DNA of 64,000 nucleotides, from assembly GCA_028534125.1 (NCBI GenBank), contig CM052849.1, forward strand, positions 5,766,001 through 5,830,000, given 5' to 3'. This document shows, one piece after another, positions 39,301 through 52,435 of the stretch. Within the stretch, counting starts at the first letter, position 1. Each line of letters starts with the position of its first letter. Origin of the DNA: Lama glama (Eukaryota). The notes beneath the pieces were generated by a model. It was not told the DNA's origin. It worked only from the letters and a program-made list of their open reading frames with translations, and ran no database searches. A program made the position numbers and the translations under genes.

Positions 39301-40104
39301 TTAAAAAACAATATTTATATTTTTAACCACTGGCTTCAGTGTTCTCCAAGAGTTCTTCCAGCTCTGCTTTGTAGACCATCTGAGGCTGTCTGAGGCCTCT
39401 GATACCTTTTCTGCCACTGTAAACTTTCAAGGCTTTTTAACACACTCAGCCCTTGTCCCGCTTCCACACTCCCTGAGTGAGGAGCCCCTATCTTTGAGCC
39501 CCAGGGTCCCACCTTACCTGGCTCAGGTCCCTGGCTAACCCGCTGGGAAATATTTGGGGCCAGCCGAGGTCCCTCTGCTCTGAGTACCGGCCAGTGTATG
39601 TCTGTGTTCCAACGCATCTCCACCACCTGCACAGCTGTGGGGACACCACCCCATACCCTCTCCCTGTCCTCACAGGGTCCCAGGGAGACATTTGTTATTA
39701 ACAGCTCCATTTCCCGGAAACTAAGTCTCAAGTCACTTTCCTGGGGTCACACAGGCCTGATACGACAGCACCGGAATTCCAACCCAGATGCGCCCAACTC
39801 CAGTGGCTGCCTCCTGGAGTCATCCATCCAACCATCCCTGCTCAGAGCCACTGAGTGATGCCTCCTCTAGTGTCTCTGGTCACTGCCATGTCCTCAGCCC
39901 GTGGCACTGGGCCTGGGTCATACTGGGCACTCAGTGACTTGCTGAATAAGGACACGTGGCAGGTTCTCAGCTAGATGCTGGGGTGCAGGGTTCAGGAAGC
40001 CACCAGGTCCCACTTTTCCTGGAGTGAACCGCTTGGCGAAGGCATCAGACAGGACAGGAAAACAAGTAAATTACATCTCTGACCCAAGGTGCCAAGCTGG
40101 GAAG

Positions 40105-40466
40105 TCAGTTACCGCACCCCTCAAACTTGAGCTCTTTCACGAATCCCCTAGAGACCTTCCCAAAGTACAGATTCTGCTCAGCAGGTTCGGAGCAGGGCCT
40201 GGTGACTGCGCGCTACCCAGCTCCCAGGGGACTCCAGGATAGTTTCTCTAAAGACCACACTTGGAGCAGAGACAGCCTAGATCAGAGGTTGGCAAACCAC
40301 AGCCCGTGGGCCACATGCGGCCCACTGCTTGTTTTTGTGAATAAAGTTTTATTTTCATTTTGTCTGTGGCTGTTTCTGGGCGACAGTGGCAGAGTCGAGC
40401 GGTTCCAGTGGAGACTTTGTGAAAGTGATGATTCCTGGGCCCTTTACGGAACGCCTGGCAACCTCG
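40105..40466 (+). mobile_element. Adjacent MER5A and MER58-type hAT MITEs
   Basis: MER5-like cagattctg...gaccacacttggag, then cagaggttggcaaaccacagcccgtgggcc...aataaagtttt from 40283. Confidence 0.7.
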
Positions 40467-43251
40467 ATCTACTCATCTCTTGGGTCCCTTCATAATAATA
40501 TTTTGTGATTTGGTGAGTGTCAGGTGGTAATCAAAATAATGATTGTAGTTAACATTTGAGTGCCTCCTGGGTCCTTAGTTCTTTGCAGGTAGTTTTCTTA
40601 GCTCAATGCTGTCGTAGTAACACTGTTGTATTCATTTTGTAGGTGAGAAAGCTGAGGCTCACAGGGGCCAGGAAGTGGGTGAGGCCAGTTGGAGCCAGGT
40701 CAGCTCATTGTTGTCACATCAGAACTTCTGCCTGGAAAATTTTCGCAGAGCATAGACAAGGTCTTGGTTTGATTTCAACCCATCCCAGGGTGCTTGGTAC
40801 CTTCATTTCTTCCTTTGTCCTCCCACTGAGTCAACAAATGGCTGTGCAACCCATCTAGGAGTTGGGGGCCTTGCGGAGTCCTGGGAGGATGTGGGGGATG
40901 CCCAGCCCTGTGCTTTCCAGGGGAGGAGGCAGAGAGCCAGGGGGGCCATGCAGGGTGCTCAGCTCTTTGGGGGACACTGGCACAGGGATGAGAGGCAGTC
41001 AGGGAAGGCTTCCTGGAGGAGGGGTTGCTGATTGTACCCATAGGAGTTAGCTGGGTAGAGGAAGGCAGGAAAGCTTTTCTAGGAAAAGGGAACCACAGGT
41101 GCAAAATTGTGGCCTTGCAGGTTTGGTAGAGTTCATGGCACAGACATTTTAGTATGTGTGTGTATGTTGGGGGAGGGAGGCTGTTAAAATTGGCCATGTC
41201 AGAGACCCTGGACTTCACCCTGGAGAATACAAAAGAGTTTTCCTCTCCAAGTTCCCCTTCATCCTCTGATGACTTCCCGGACAAAGTCTTCAGCTAACTC
41301 CTTGCTTCTCTCCAGATTCCTCCTGATTTACTAAGAGCAGACCTCTGCGGGGCTCCCGGGGCGGGCGGCAGCCTTCAGCTCGGAGGCATAAGGATTGCTT
41401 GTGTTTGTTTTTGCAGTTATTTTTTAATTTAAGCTGAGGGTGAGGTTAGAGTATCTTTCAAGAATGTTTTAACAATATTGAATCCATTGAAGAGAAACAT
41501 TAAGGAGGTGAGAGTCAGGGGGCTTCCGGCTGTAGCCAAGTCACGAAGGTGGTCCTCAGCAAGTGGGAATCTGGGGAGCCCCATGGCAGGAGGTGGGGGT
41601 TTTGGAGGGGGCCAGACAAGCAGCTACCTCAGCTCTTAATGTTCAGCGCTTTCTCTGCCTCTCATTGTTTCTCGTCCCCTGACCCCTGTCTGTGTCTCTC
41701 CCCATGTCTGGTTCCCCCACCCCACTCCCTGTCCCTATCTGTCTTCTCCCTCCCCCACCTGCTCCACTTCCCCTTCCCCTCCCCCCCTGCACACACACTA
41801 ACGCGGCTCTTCCTTGCTCTTATTAGAAACTCTGTCCCACTTCCTTTGGCCGCGAGTGACATCCTGCCTTAGAACCATCAGAACCCGCACAGAGCCCGGG
41901 GGCTCGGCCAAGCATCCCCATTGGAGGTGTGGGAGACGTGGTGTGTGCGGCTTCCCTGGTGAAGAGAGGGAGGTCAGGAGGCCTGCCACCCTGCAGTACA
42001 GGGCTCTGAATCCCCACCCCCACCACCCGCTAACCCCACCCCCAGGGCCTCTCACCCGGCCCAGCTGGCCCCAGGCTGCAGGGGAGGAAGAGGAAGCCGG
42101 GGTTGGCTGCAAGAAGGCGGAATGCTTTGGGTTTGATTTGGTTTGGGGCTCCGTTACCTGGGGTGGGGGGGTGTCACCTTCCGTGGCTCCAGGAGTAGGT
42201 GTGAGGCCCCGCCAGGTCTTGCTTTTGCTCTTTGGCCACAGAGAGGCCATGAGCTCCTCCAGCAGGCAGCATGCAGTGTGTTCACGGCTCCCCCTGGAGC
42301 GCACAGTAGGCCAGCAGTGTGATCGGAGGGCTGAGAGTCCGGGGGAGAATGGCGAGATTAGAAATGGAGTCCAGCCCCTTCCTTTCGCGGATGGGAAAGC
42401 GAGGTCTAGAGAGTTGTGACTCGCTCAGGATCATGAAAAAAGGTTTGCAGGACAGAGTGGGGTCTGGGTCCCACACCCCCTGCAAGCTGGAGGCGGCAGG
42501 GAGAGCTGGTGGGTGCTCTGGTGGCCCCTGTGAGTGTCATGTGACAGAGCCCTTCCAGGAAGCGGGTGACTCGGGTTTGAGGCTACCTTACCCACTTGCT
42601 GGGGGTCTCGGTGAGGTCTTCCTCCCCGGGGATCCTTCCTGTCCTTCTGTATCCTCCAGGTGATGACACACGCCATCTCAAGGATTGCACAGGCGTCAGG
42701 TCTGTGGGGTCAGAGGTCGCTGACCTCACAGCGGGTGGACATCGTGCTTGCTCTCAGCAGGGGCTGTGGCTGCTCCACAAGCCCCTTCAGATCTGACTTC
42801 TCCAGGCTCTGATGGCACAGAGAAAGTCCCCTGGGAATGTCCCCCCACCCCAAGTACAGCCTTGATGTGTTTCAAGAAGACCAGTCCCATTGGCAGCTTC
42901 CCAGGTTGCATGGTGGAGCCCCACGTGGAACATGGGATTTCCCTGCTCAGTTAGAGCAGGAGCTTGGCATCCAAAAGCCCAGCGTTAAAATCTGAGTTTT
43001 ACCATTTAGTGCCATGTGGCCTTTGGTGATGTTCTTGATTATTTGTACCTTTCATGTCTTCATTTTAAAGTGATCCTGTCATCACATACATCAGTGGCTT
43101 TTTGTGAGGATTCGTGGGGTCTCATTGATGCAGCAAATACTGTATGCTGGACTCTGTGTTAGGCACGGGAGAGCCAGCCAGTGAGCAAGGCAGACCGTCC
43201 CTGCCCTTGGGGAGCTGATGTTTTAGGCGAAGAAATGGACACGAAGGAAGA

Positions 43252-43500
43252 TGTATTAGGGTTCTCCAGAGAAACAGAACCAATAGGAGATGGATGGATG
43301 GATGGATGGATGGATGGATGGACTGACAGACGGATGTAAGAGATTTATTTCAAGAGTTAGCTGGCCCAATGATGAGGGCTGGGAAGTCCCATGGTCTGCC
43401 GCCTAGCAGGCTGGGGGACCAGGAAAGCCGCTGGTGTAATTCAGTTCTAGTCCGAAGGCCTGAGAACTGGGAGCACCTGTGTGCAAGTGCAGGTGGATTT
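43252..43500 (-). mobile_element. MLT2-type (ERVL) LTR fragment with internal (GGAT)n
   Basis: tgtattagggttctccagagaaacagaaccaatagga terminus. Confidence 0.8.
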
Positions 43501-46500
43501 TTACCTCTGTTATCACCGTAATTATTAGAGGAGGTGAGAAGGGAAGGGAGGTGTTGTAGGAAGAAGGCACAGTGTCAGTAACAGTATAGGGACAAGAAGG
43601 CATTTGGTGTCAAAATCGTGATCGTCGTAGCTGGTGATCACTGATGCCCTGGTGTGTGCCAGCTTCTCTGCTGAGGGCCTCCTTGGTACAAACTCATCTC
43701 GCCCTCCAGGGACGGGCTTTTATTATCCGCATTTTCAGCTGCAGGAAACAGAGCACGGGAATAGGACTGCTTGTCTGGGGAAGTGGAGGGATGGGCTTCG
43801 AACCCCACCCACCATCTGGGAGGACTGGGGGCTCCAAGGAGGGGTTCGGGGAGTGAGACTGGTGGGGTCGGGGTAGGTGGGAAAGGCTGGAGTTTTGCCT
43901 TGAACCCCAGAAGTTTAAGCATGTCTTCATGCTGGAGACCCTGGGTGGTCTTGGGCTGCATGGGGTGGGGAGGTCCACAGCACGTCCTCTCATCATATGG
44001 GCCAGAGAAACCAGTGTGGTGTGAAGCCCCACAAGAGTGGGTGGGAAAGGACGGCTCTGCCCTGGCCCGCTTCTGGTGGGGTCGGCTGGTGGGTGGCACA
44101 TTCCCGGTGGGGTTGGGCTTATGGCAGGAAGTGCTGGGCACTGTCAGATGCACGGTTGAGAGCCCACATTCTGGACAGTGAGGACACCCAGGTGTGTCCC
44201 TCTTCCCTGCAAGGAGGTGATTGCTCACTGTTGCCTTAACCCAGCTCTGCTCCCTGGGACCTTCTCCGCTTAGGGCCAGGGACAGCAAGAGCCCAGGCAG
44301 AGGGGTTGATGCCAACTGCTGGGATGTGCCTCTCTCTCCAGCCATTCATTTCTCAAATCCCTGACTCCCTATGTCTTGCCAGTTTCTGAGCAGACAGCTG
44401 CGTCTTTATCTTTTTGTGTGTGATGTTACTGAAACCTCATAATGACTCATGGGGCTGGCATCAAGAGGAGCCCTGATGTGGTGGAAAGATAGGGCCTTTG
44501 GGGTCAGGCACACTTGAGTTAGCTTGTGCACAAGCTGTGAACCCTTGGGCCAACCCCTTCCCCTCTCTGGGCCTCAGTTTCCTCACCTGTAAAATGGGGA
44601 TCATGTTGGTGACCATCTCTTGGGTTGCTGGGAAGATTGTAGGTAAAGTTATATGTACCTGATGCATAGAGGTGCTCAGTAATTCACAGTAATAGGAATT
44701 CTGTTGTTCACCCATTTTACAGATGAGGAAACAGGTCCAGAGGAATTCAGGGTTGCCTCCCACAGCATCTTGCTCCCTGGCTCTGTTCCTGGCAATGTCC
44801 AGGCAAGTCGGCCGATGGAGATCCTCTGCAGCAAGGTCCCAGGCCTCCTCAAGGCCCCAGTTCTCTTCCCCACTTTTCTTTAGGAAAAGGCCATTCACTC
44901 ACTCTGAATCTGGCCTCGCAAGTCAGTGAACCGCGAGAAAACACCCCTTCTTTCTCATGGGTTCCTCCCTCTGATTTTTAAAGTGTTCATGTTCTGAGCA
45001 GCTCTCAAAGTCTTTGAAATTTTTCCTCTTCTGCCTGCTTCAGGAGCAAGTGAGAGGGAGGAGGGTCTCCCGGTTGGTCCTGGGGCTGCATTTGTTCAGA
45101 AGGGAGGCAGCGGGCAGGTTAATGTCCCAGGACACTGGATTCCCGTTGATGTGCTGCCTCAGACCCAGGCCTGCAAACTGTGCACTTAAAACCCCCACCA
45201 AATCCCCCACCCATGAGAGGGTCTTCCGTCTTATCTGGAAACATTACATCAGCAAGTATTCATTACTTGCTTTGTTCTCGGTCAAGCCTGTCTACCTTTT
45301 TGGCCATCGGCCATTGCAAAACCTCCACAACAAAGACGTGGATGATAATACAATCAGAAGAGCCATAAACTACAATTAGGGGGCAGGGAAAGGAGGAAGT
45401 TAGCCAAAGACTTCCTAAGTGTAAAGTCTTGAAACAACCTTCTGACCTCTGGTAAGGATATTCTCCTGAGGAAAACTCAAATCCACGCCCTTGGGGCAGA
45501 AGTGAGAGTGGTTAGCTGGCTCCAGCTGTCACTGTGAGTCTTCAAATAAGACTTTAGAAATCAGTTTTGCTTAGTTTTGTCAAAACAAATAAAAAAAAAA
45601 CACTCTGGGGCCTGGGAGGACACCACTTGAGTGGTAAGCGTGCAGAGGTCAAAAACAGCCTATTATGTGTGTATAAGTTGACTGTGAGTGATAGAATCCT
45701 AATTTAAAATAGTGAAGATGTAAAATAAAGGGATCTATTGGCTTAGGTAAATGGTAAGTCTGAAGGTAGATTGCCTTCAGGTATAGCTGTATCCAGGTGC
45801 CCTACTGTATCAGGGCATTGTCTCTTTTGCTCTCTGTCTTTTAGGCAGGCTTTATTCTGTGGCCTCTTCATTATCAGGCACGCTCTCCCCAGTAACATCT
45901 CCAGGCATACATCCTGCTAACTTAGCATTCTTGACTATAAGAGAGCCATTTCTCTAACAATTCTTGCAAATCCTGGGACTGATTCCTCTTCACCCACCTG
46001 GAGTCTCGTGCCCATCCGTGAGTGTCTGTATCCTCTTATTGACCAGACCTCAGATGCTGGTCTTGGGCATGGGGTCAGCCCCATCCTGGTCACAAGGACA
46101 GATCCCAGAAGACAGGAGAATGCATTCTCAGCAGGCAGGTTGGTTGACAGATGCCCACACCAGAGGTAGAACAGAAATGAAAGAGAAAGGCAGGCTTTGT
46201 GTCCTGGAGGAGAAAGTAGAGGCAGGCACTGCCATTAATGGAGCATTTACTCTGCTCCAACGTGGTACTCTGCTCCAGTAAGGCCTTTGTGTATATTTAG
46301 CCACTCTCCTCTTTCATAGATAAGAAAATGAGGCTCAGAGAGGTTAAGTGACTTGCTTAAGGTCACAAAGCTTATAGGTGAAGAATTCAAACTCCTCTCT
46401 ATCTTCCTGCAAAACCCATTCTCTCATCGCTCTGTGGTATCTGGGGAAAAGTAATGATCTGCAGAGTGATCTCAGAAAATAAACTATGAATGCTTGTGGG

Positions 46501-48049
46501 TGTGTCAAGCTCTGTGTTAAGTTTAGGAATAGAAAAAGAAGTTTTCTTAAAGATGGCAGGACCCCTCAGTCCATGAGCTCCCTACATTCAAGAAGGGATA
46601 GACAGCTGTTACCATAGAGAATGGTGAAGGATAGGCATAGAAGGGTGCTTAATCGATTCAGTCTGGGGTGTTCAGGGAGGATTTCCTGGAAAAGGTGATG
46701 CTTGACCTGAGGCAATAACAGGCCAAGATAAGGTTGGGGAAAATGTATGTAGGTACCTGTTGGTAGGGGCTCTTGATAAACAGAAACCCATCTCCCTTGG
46801 AATTAAGTAAAAAAGTAAATTTATTGTCTCATGTTAACTAAAAAATTGAGGGGTAGGATTGGCTTCAGGCATGACTGGATCCAGGAGCCCAACTCATGTC
46901 AGAAATTCATGTCTCCATCTGTCAGCTCCGCCTTCTTGCGTTGGCTTCAGTCTCAGGCAGACTCGCAAGTGGTGATTAGAGACAGCCCCATACCCTACTT
47001 GTGTAACTTCTCCAGAGGATCTGGTAAAAGTCTCTAGCCAACTTTCACTGACCTAGATTGAGTCGTGTATCTATCCCTGAACCAACACTGGGGCCTGGAG
47101 CAGAATGCTGTCATTGTCCAGGCCTGGGTCGTGTATCCACACTCTCATGGAGCTTGAGAGAGATTGAGAATGTGGATCCGCAGATCAGGGGTCCGTGTGG
47201 CGCCCCCGTGGCTGATAGAAGTGACGTTCAGCCAGAGCTCAGGGATCAGATAACGAGGTCGCCATCAGCCAGGGGAAGAATGACCTCCTGAGGACAGTGG
47301 GGAGGCTTAGCCGCGTTGTTCATGCAAGTAGAAAGTGTCCTGCGCACCCTGAGAGAGGAGGGGTGGAGCAGAAGGACCTGGAGGGAGGTGATGGGTGGGG
47401 CTGAGCTTGGGATGTGCTAAGTTCAGGTCGCCCTAGGGAGTCGGGTATTTCCTGGTTGCCAAGTGGAGAGGGGCCCAGAGTGAGAATTCTACTCAGTAAA
47501 TATTTGAGCGCCGCGTGTGTGTCACACACTACTCTGATGCACAAAGCACTCAAGGGCCCCAGACAGTGAGTGCGTGATACAGGAAGTCAGTTACGGGCCG
47601 GGTTAGCCAGTGGAAGGTGCTGGGGAGAAGAGACAACTGGTGCAGAGTCGCGCGCGCATAACAGCAAGGGGGCTGTGTGGCTGGAGGAGAGTGAGGCCAG
47701 GTGGAAGAGGGATGAAGATGGAAAGGCAAGGTGCAAGGGTTGAGCCTGTAGGGCCTGAGGACTTACGGAGACTGGCTTTTCCCAAGTGAAGTGGGAGCCA
47801 CAGGAGGATTCAGAGCAGAGGAGGGCCGGGATGTGATTTGCATCTTCATGCAGTTATTCTGGATGCTAACGAAAAACGGACAGATGACAGGAGGGCAGAA
47901 TCCAGGAGGCCAGTTAGAAGTTAGGCAGGCAAGAGATGAAGATGCCTTGGACCAGGGCGGTGAGAAGTGGTTACACAAAATACAAACACCCAGCAAGTGT
48001 GAGTGATGTGAAGTGAGTGGGTCCCAGCTCTGGTGTAGTGGGGATTTTT

Positions 48050-49127
48050 CTGTTGTGTTAAAATACGCACAACATAAAATGTACCGAGTTAACCATCTTT
48101 AAGTGTACAGTTCTGTGATAGTAAACATATTCGTGTTGCTCTACAACTATCACCACCATCCATCATCCCAATAACTCTTTTCATCTTGGGAAACTGAAAC
48201 TCTTAACTATGAAACGCTGACTCCCCGTCCTCCATCCCCTAGCCCCTGGCAACCACGGGCACAGTTTCTGCCTTCATGATTTCCATTACTCTGAGGACCT
48301 CATGTACGTGCAAATCAGTACTTGTCTTTCTGTGCCTGGTTTATTTCACTGAGCGTAATGTCCTCAGGGCTCATCCAGGTTGTAGCCTGTGTCAGGATCT
48401 CCTCCCTTTTTAATGCTGAATAATACTCCGTTGTACGGCTAGCACACACTTTGTTGATCTGTTTCTCTATCGATGGACACTTGGGTTGCTTCCACGTTTT
48501 AGCGTGTTGGGAGTGACACTGCTGTGAACTTGGGTGTAAAAATACCTCTTCGAGACCCTGCTTTCAACAATTTGGGAGACATACCCGGAAGTGGAATTGC
48601 TGGATCATAAGGTAGTTCTGTTTTTCATTTTTGGCAGACCCTCCGTGCTGTTTTCCACAGTGGCCGTACCATTTTACATTCCTACCCACAAATGCACAAG
48701 AGTTCCCATTTTTTCTGCATCCCGGCCAACCTTTGTTATTATTTTTTCTGTTTTTCTGTTCATTTTTCTAGCCGTTGCGATCCTGATGGGTGTGAGGTGG
48801 CGTCTCACTGGAGTTTTGATTTGCGTTTCCCCGATGACTCGTTGACGTTGAGCATCTTTTCATGGGCTTGTTGGCCGTTTGTATCTCTTTGGAGAAACGT
48901 CCTTTTGCGTCCTTTGCCTGCTTTTGAATCGGGTGGTTTGGTCTGGGATTGTTGAGTTTCAGGAGTTCTCTGTAGATCCTGGATATCAGTCCCTTCTCGG
49001 ATCTGTGACTTGCAGGTAGAGTTTCCCATTCTGGAGGTCGCCTTTTTACCCCGTGGACAGGCTCTTTTGAAGCACAAAATGTTTGAATTTTCATGACACC
49101 CAGTTTGTCTCTTACCTGTGCCTTCAG
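48050..49127 (-). mobile_element. L1M fragment running into the assembly gap
   Basis: Decayed ORF2 peptide (FCASKE...GLISRIYRELLKLNN...MKRCSTS) on the - strand plus 3' UTR. Confidence 0.9.
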
Positions 49128-49627
49128 NNNNNNNNNNNNNNNNNNNNNNNNNNNNNNNNNNNNNNNNNNNNNNNNNNNNNNNNNNNNNNNNNNNNNNNNN
49201 NNNNNNNNNNNNNNNNNNNNNNNNNNNNNNNNNNNNNNNNNNNNNNNNNNNNNNNNNNNNNNNNNNNNNNNNNNNNNNNNNNNNNNNNNNNNNNNNNNNN
49301 NNNNNNNNNNNNNNNNNNNNNNNNNNNNNNNNNNNNNNNNNNNNNNNNNNNNNNNNNNNNNNNNNNNNNNNNNNNNNNNNNNNNNNNNNNNNNNNNNNNN
49401 NNNNNNNNNNNNNNNNNNNNNNNNNNNNNNNNNNNNNNNNNNNNNNNNNNNNNNNNNNNNNNNNNNNNNNNNNNNNNNNNNNNNNNNNNNNNNNNNNNNN
49501 NNNNNNNNNNNNNNNNNNNNNNNNNNNNNNNNNNNNNNNNNNNNNNNNNNNNNNNNNNNNNNNNNNNNNNNNNNNNNNNNNNNNNNNNNNNNNNNNNNNN
49601 NNNNNNNNNNNNNNNNNNNNNNNNNNN
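49128..49627. other. Assembly gap (500 N)
   Basis: Run of n. Confidence 1.
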
Positions 49628-52244
49628 AACTCCAGATCAGGTATTTCCTCTGTAAATTTATCACCTGCAGGGAGACGGGCTAGTAAAAGAAACACTCAGA
49701 TTTCAAAGAATTAGTACTAAGAAAAAAGAGGATAAAATGTCTCCTTAATCATTTTTATATTGATTAATAATAATATGTTGGATATATTAGGTGAAATAAA
49801 ATCCATTATTAAGTTTACTTTACCTTTTTTTATTACCTTTTTAATGTGGCTGCTGGAAAATTGAATTCCACGTACGACTCACCTTGAACTTCTGCTGGAT
49901 ATTGCTGTTATAAACTCAGGGAGGAGCCGGACTGTCATGCTGGGGTGGAGGGCTCATGAAAGGGATTAGACGGGGGGTGATGTGGTCAGGTTTCTAAAGT
50001 AGCTATGCCCTTTGGCCGCAGTGGTGAGAGAAGGTTCCAGAGGATGGGACAAGACCAGCCATAGGGAGACAGCACAGCCTGGAAGGCCTGGGCCGTGGCT
50101 GCAGAGAGGAGCCCTGGTGTCCCAGACAGGTAGTGCCCGCTGCCAGTCCACGGGCAGGTGGCCAGGCTGGGCCCAGCGGGAGGAGGAGCGTCTGGGGAGA
50201 GGCGGGCACATCCTGGGACTGACCGATCCTTCAAAGAGGCTTCGCAGCTCAAAGCCAGCAGGAGAGCCCTCAGCTGGGACAGGTCTTCCTGCTCCCCGTA
50301 ACCGCCATTCCCGAAACCCACCAGCCCCAGCTGGGCCCTCACCGCCACCCTGGCTGCTGCCTGGACCCCTCTCAGGTTTGACATCCCGCCTGTTGTGGCC
50401 TGGCCCTGCTCTCCACTGTTTACCAACTGTGTGACCGTGAGCAAGTGGCACCCTCTCCCTGGGGGCCACCAGCTTTGCCTGGCCTCACCCTTGTTGTACC
50501 CAGAGAACAGAAGAGACCAGGGTTGCTCAGGGGTGACAGGTCTTCCCAGAGTGGGTCTTTTCGGGATGATAGTGGATCCGCGGGGGAGGGAATGTCTTGT
50601 ACTTTCTCCAGTCTCCAGGGTGCTTTCCCATCTCCAGTCTCTGCGCAATGTCCCCCTTTCGCTGCTTTGGAAGCTGAGGCTCAGAGAGGTAAAGTAGCTT
50701 GCCCAGGGTCACACAGCTTGACAGAGAGTGATCAGATGAGGAATCTGATCCCGTGGGTCCAAGGTCGCTGCTACTCCGATGGCCAGAGCGCGGTGTACGA
50801 TGAAGGAAGGGGCGCTGCGCCTCTCTGACCTCAGTTTCCTCATCTGTCAAGGGGGGAGGATGGCAGTGCCAGCCACAGCCGATTGCCGGGAGGAGGTGGT
50901 GAGCTGAATGCAGCCATGCCAGCCCAAGGCAGGGCTCCAGCTGGCAGCTGCTGTTTGTTGACTGATCTGCACACAAGTCGTCCCAGCAGCCCCCTGCAGT
51001 GAGTGGCATGAGCCCATTTTTCAGGAGAGGAGACTGAGGCTACGATGTGTAGCTAGTGAGAGCAAAGCTGGGGTCCCAACCTGCTCCTTGGCTCCAGAGC
51101 CCTTTCCCTCCGCTGTGTGGCCCCCATTCTCGCCCTTATCCCAGAGCCCTGGTGTTACATCCTGTGCGTGACAGGGGCAGGTTTGCCCCATGCCCCCAGC
51201 TGGTCCTTTGTCCTGGATGACTGGACATGAATGGGCACAGGCCAGCCTCCCCGGTGGTGTTTCCAGAAGCTCCCCCACCCTCTGCAGAGCCTGTTCTCTC
51301 TCGGGACTTCGTCCTTTGCTTGCTGAGGTGTAGCCCTTCTGCCTCCCAGCTTTGAGCTGCTCTCTGGGAGCCAGAGCGCTTGGGCAGGAAGCTGGCGTGG
51401 CACATGCCCAGAATGTGGCCAGATCCCAGAAGTCGGAGCTGGGAGAGGCCTTAGAAACCATCAACCCCAGGTTCTGGTTGTCTTGACGCCTTGTTCAGCC
51501 TCAGTTTCCACATCTGGAAAATGGGAGGAGTATTCAGCTTGGCAAAAACAGTAAAGTCTGATGATACAAAGTAGGTGCAGATGGGAGAATTGTAGACCGC
51601 TGGGAGGAGGGTCTTTTGGGGGGCACTGGCAGTTTCTGCTGAAATGTAGAGGATGTGTGGCCCCCAAACCAGCTGACTGCTTTTAGGTAGCTACTTAGGG
51701 TAGAGCCATGCTTCTCGAGTTTTAATGTGCCTGGGGACACCTGGGGTCTGGTTAAAATGCAGACTCTGATTCTGTACGTCCGGGAGAGGACTAACAAGCT
51801 TCCAGGGGACCCTGCTGATGCGTTAGCAAGGTCCTGGGGTGCCTCTCACTCATGGGCACAAGGAGGTTTATTCCTCTGTGATAGGGTGCATTGCATCAAA
51901 GATGAAAACAGTCTAAGTGTCCATCAGGAAGGCATTCATTGGCTGAGTGAGAGGTCAGCCATTTCCCTCTGGGGATGCTCTGAAGTGACTGAAAACAGGG
52001 AGGGAGATCTGCTGGGGTCCCGCACTTCAGTGCATCTTGTCTCCCAAGAGGAAGGCAGCACCCTCTGAGTGCCCAGGGCTTTGCCTGTGTTATTAACTGA
52101 TATGGCCCCGTGCTAGAACAGGGCCCGGTGCACAGTAGGTGCCCGTGCAACGTTTACTGCATGACGGAATCAAGATGCTGTTATGGAAAGACCTCCCCAA
52201 CCCGGTGTGGAGTGAAGCAAGTCAGCTTCAGGAGATGCGTGATC

Positions 52245-52435
52245 CAGGGCCTCTCAGCCCTGGCATTACTGACATTGGGGCTGGATGATTCTTTGGGGTG
52301 GAGGCTGGCCTGGGCATTGCAGCATCCTTAGCCTCTACCCATAAGATGACCCTGAGTTGTGACAGCCAAAATTGTCCCCTAGACATTGCCATTTGTCCCC
52401 AGAGGGGCAAAATCCACCCCGGTTGAGATCCACTG
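52245..52435 (-). mobile_element. MER20
   Basis: caggg...ggcaaaatccaccccggttgagatccactg termini. Confidence 0.85.

Noticed and set aside
41400-41445. Possible micro-exon (tttgcag|...gagg|gtgagg) in TPST2 intron 1
   Set aside because: Only splice dinucleotides support it; such matches are common by chance.
43638-44345. 235-aa ORF (also the 201-aa ORF at 41814 and the 220-aa ORF at 49986)
   Set aside because: Overlap repeats or GC-rich intron, no domain similarity, no exon structure.
48768-49714. 190-298-aa ORFs
   Set aside because: Artefacts of reading through the 500-N gap; the flanking residues are decayed L1 ORF2.
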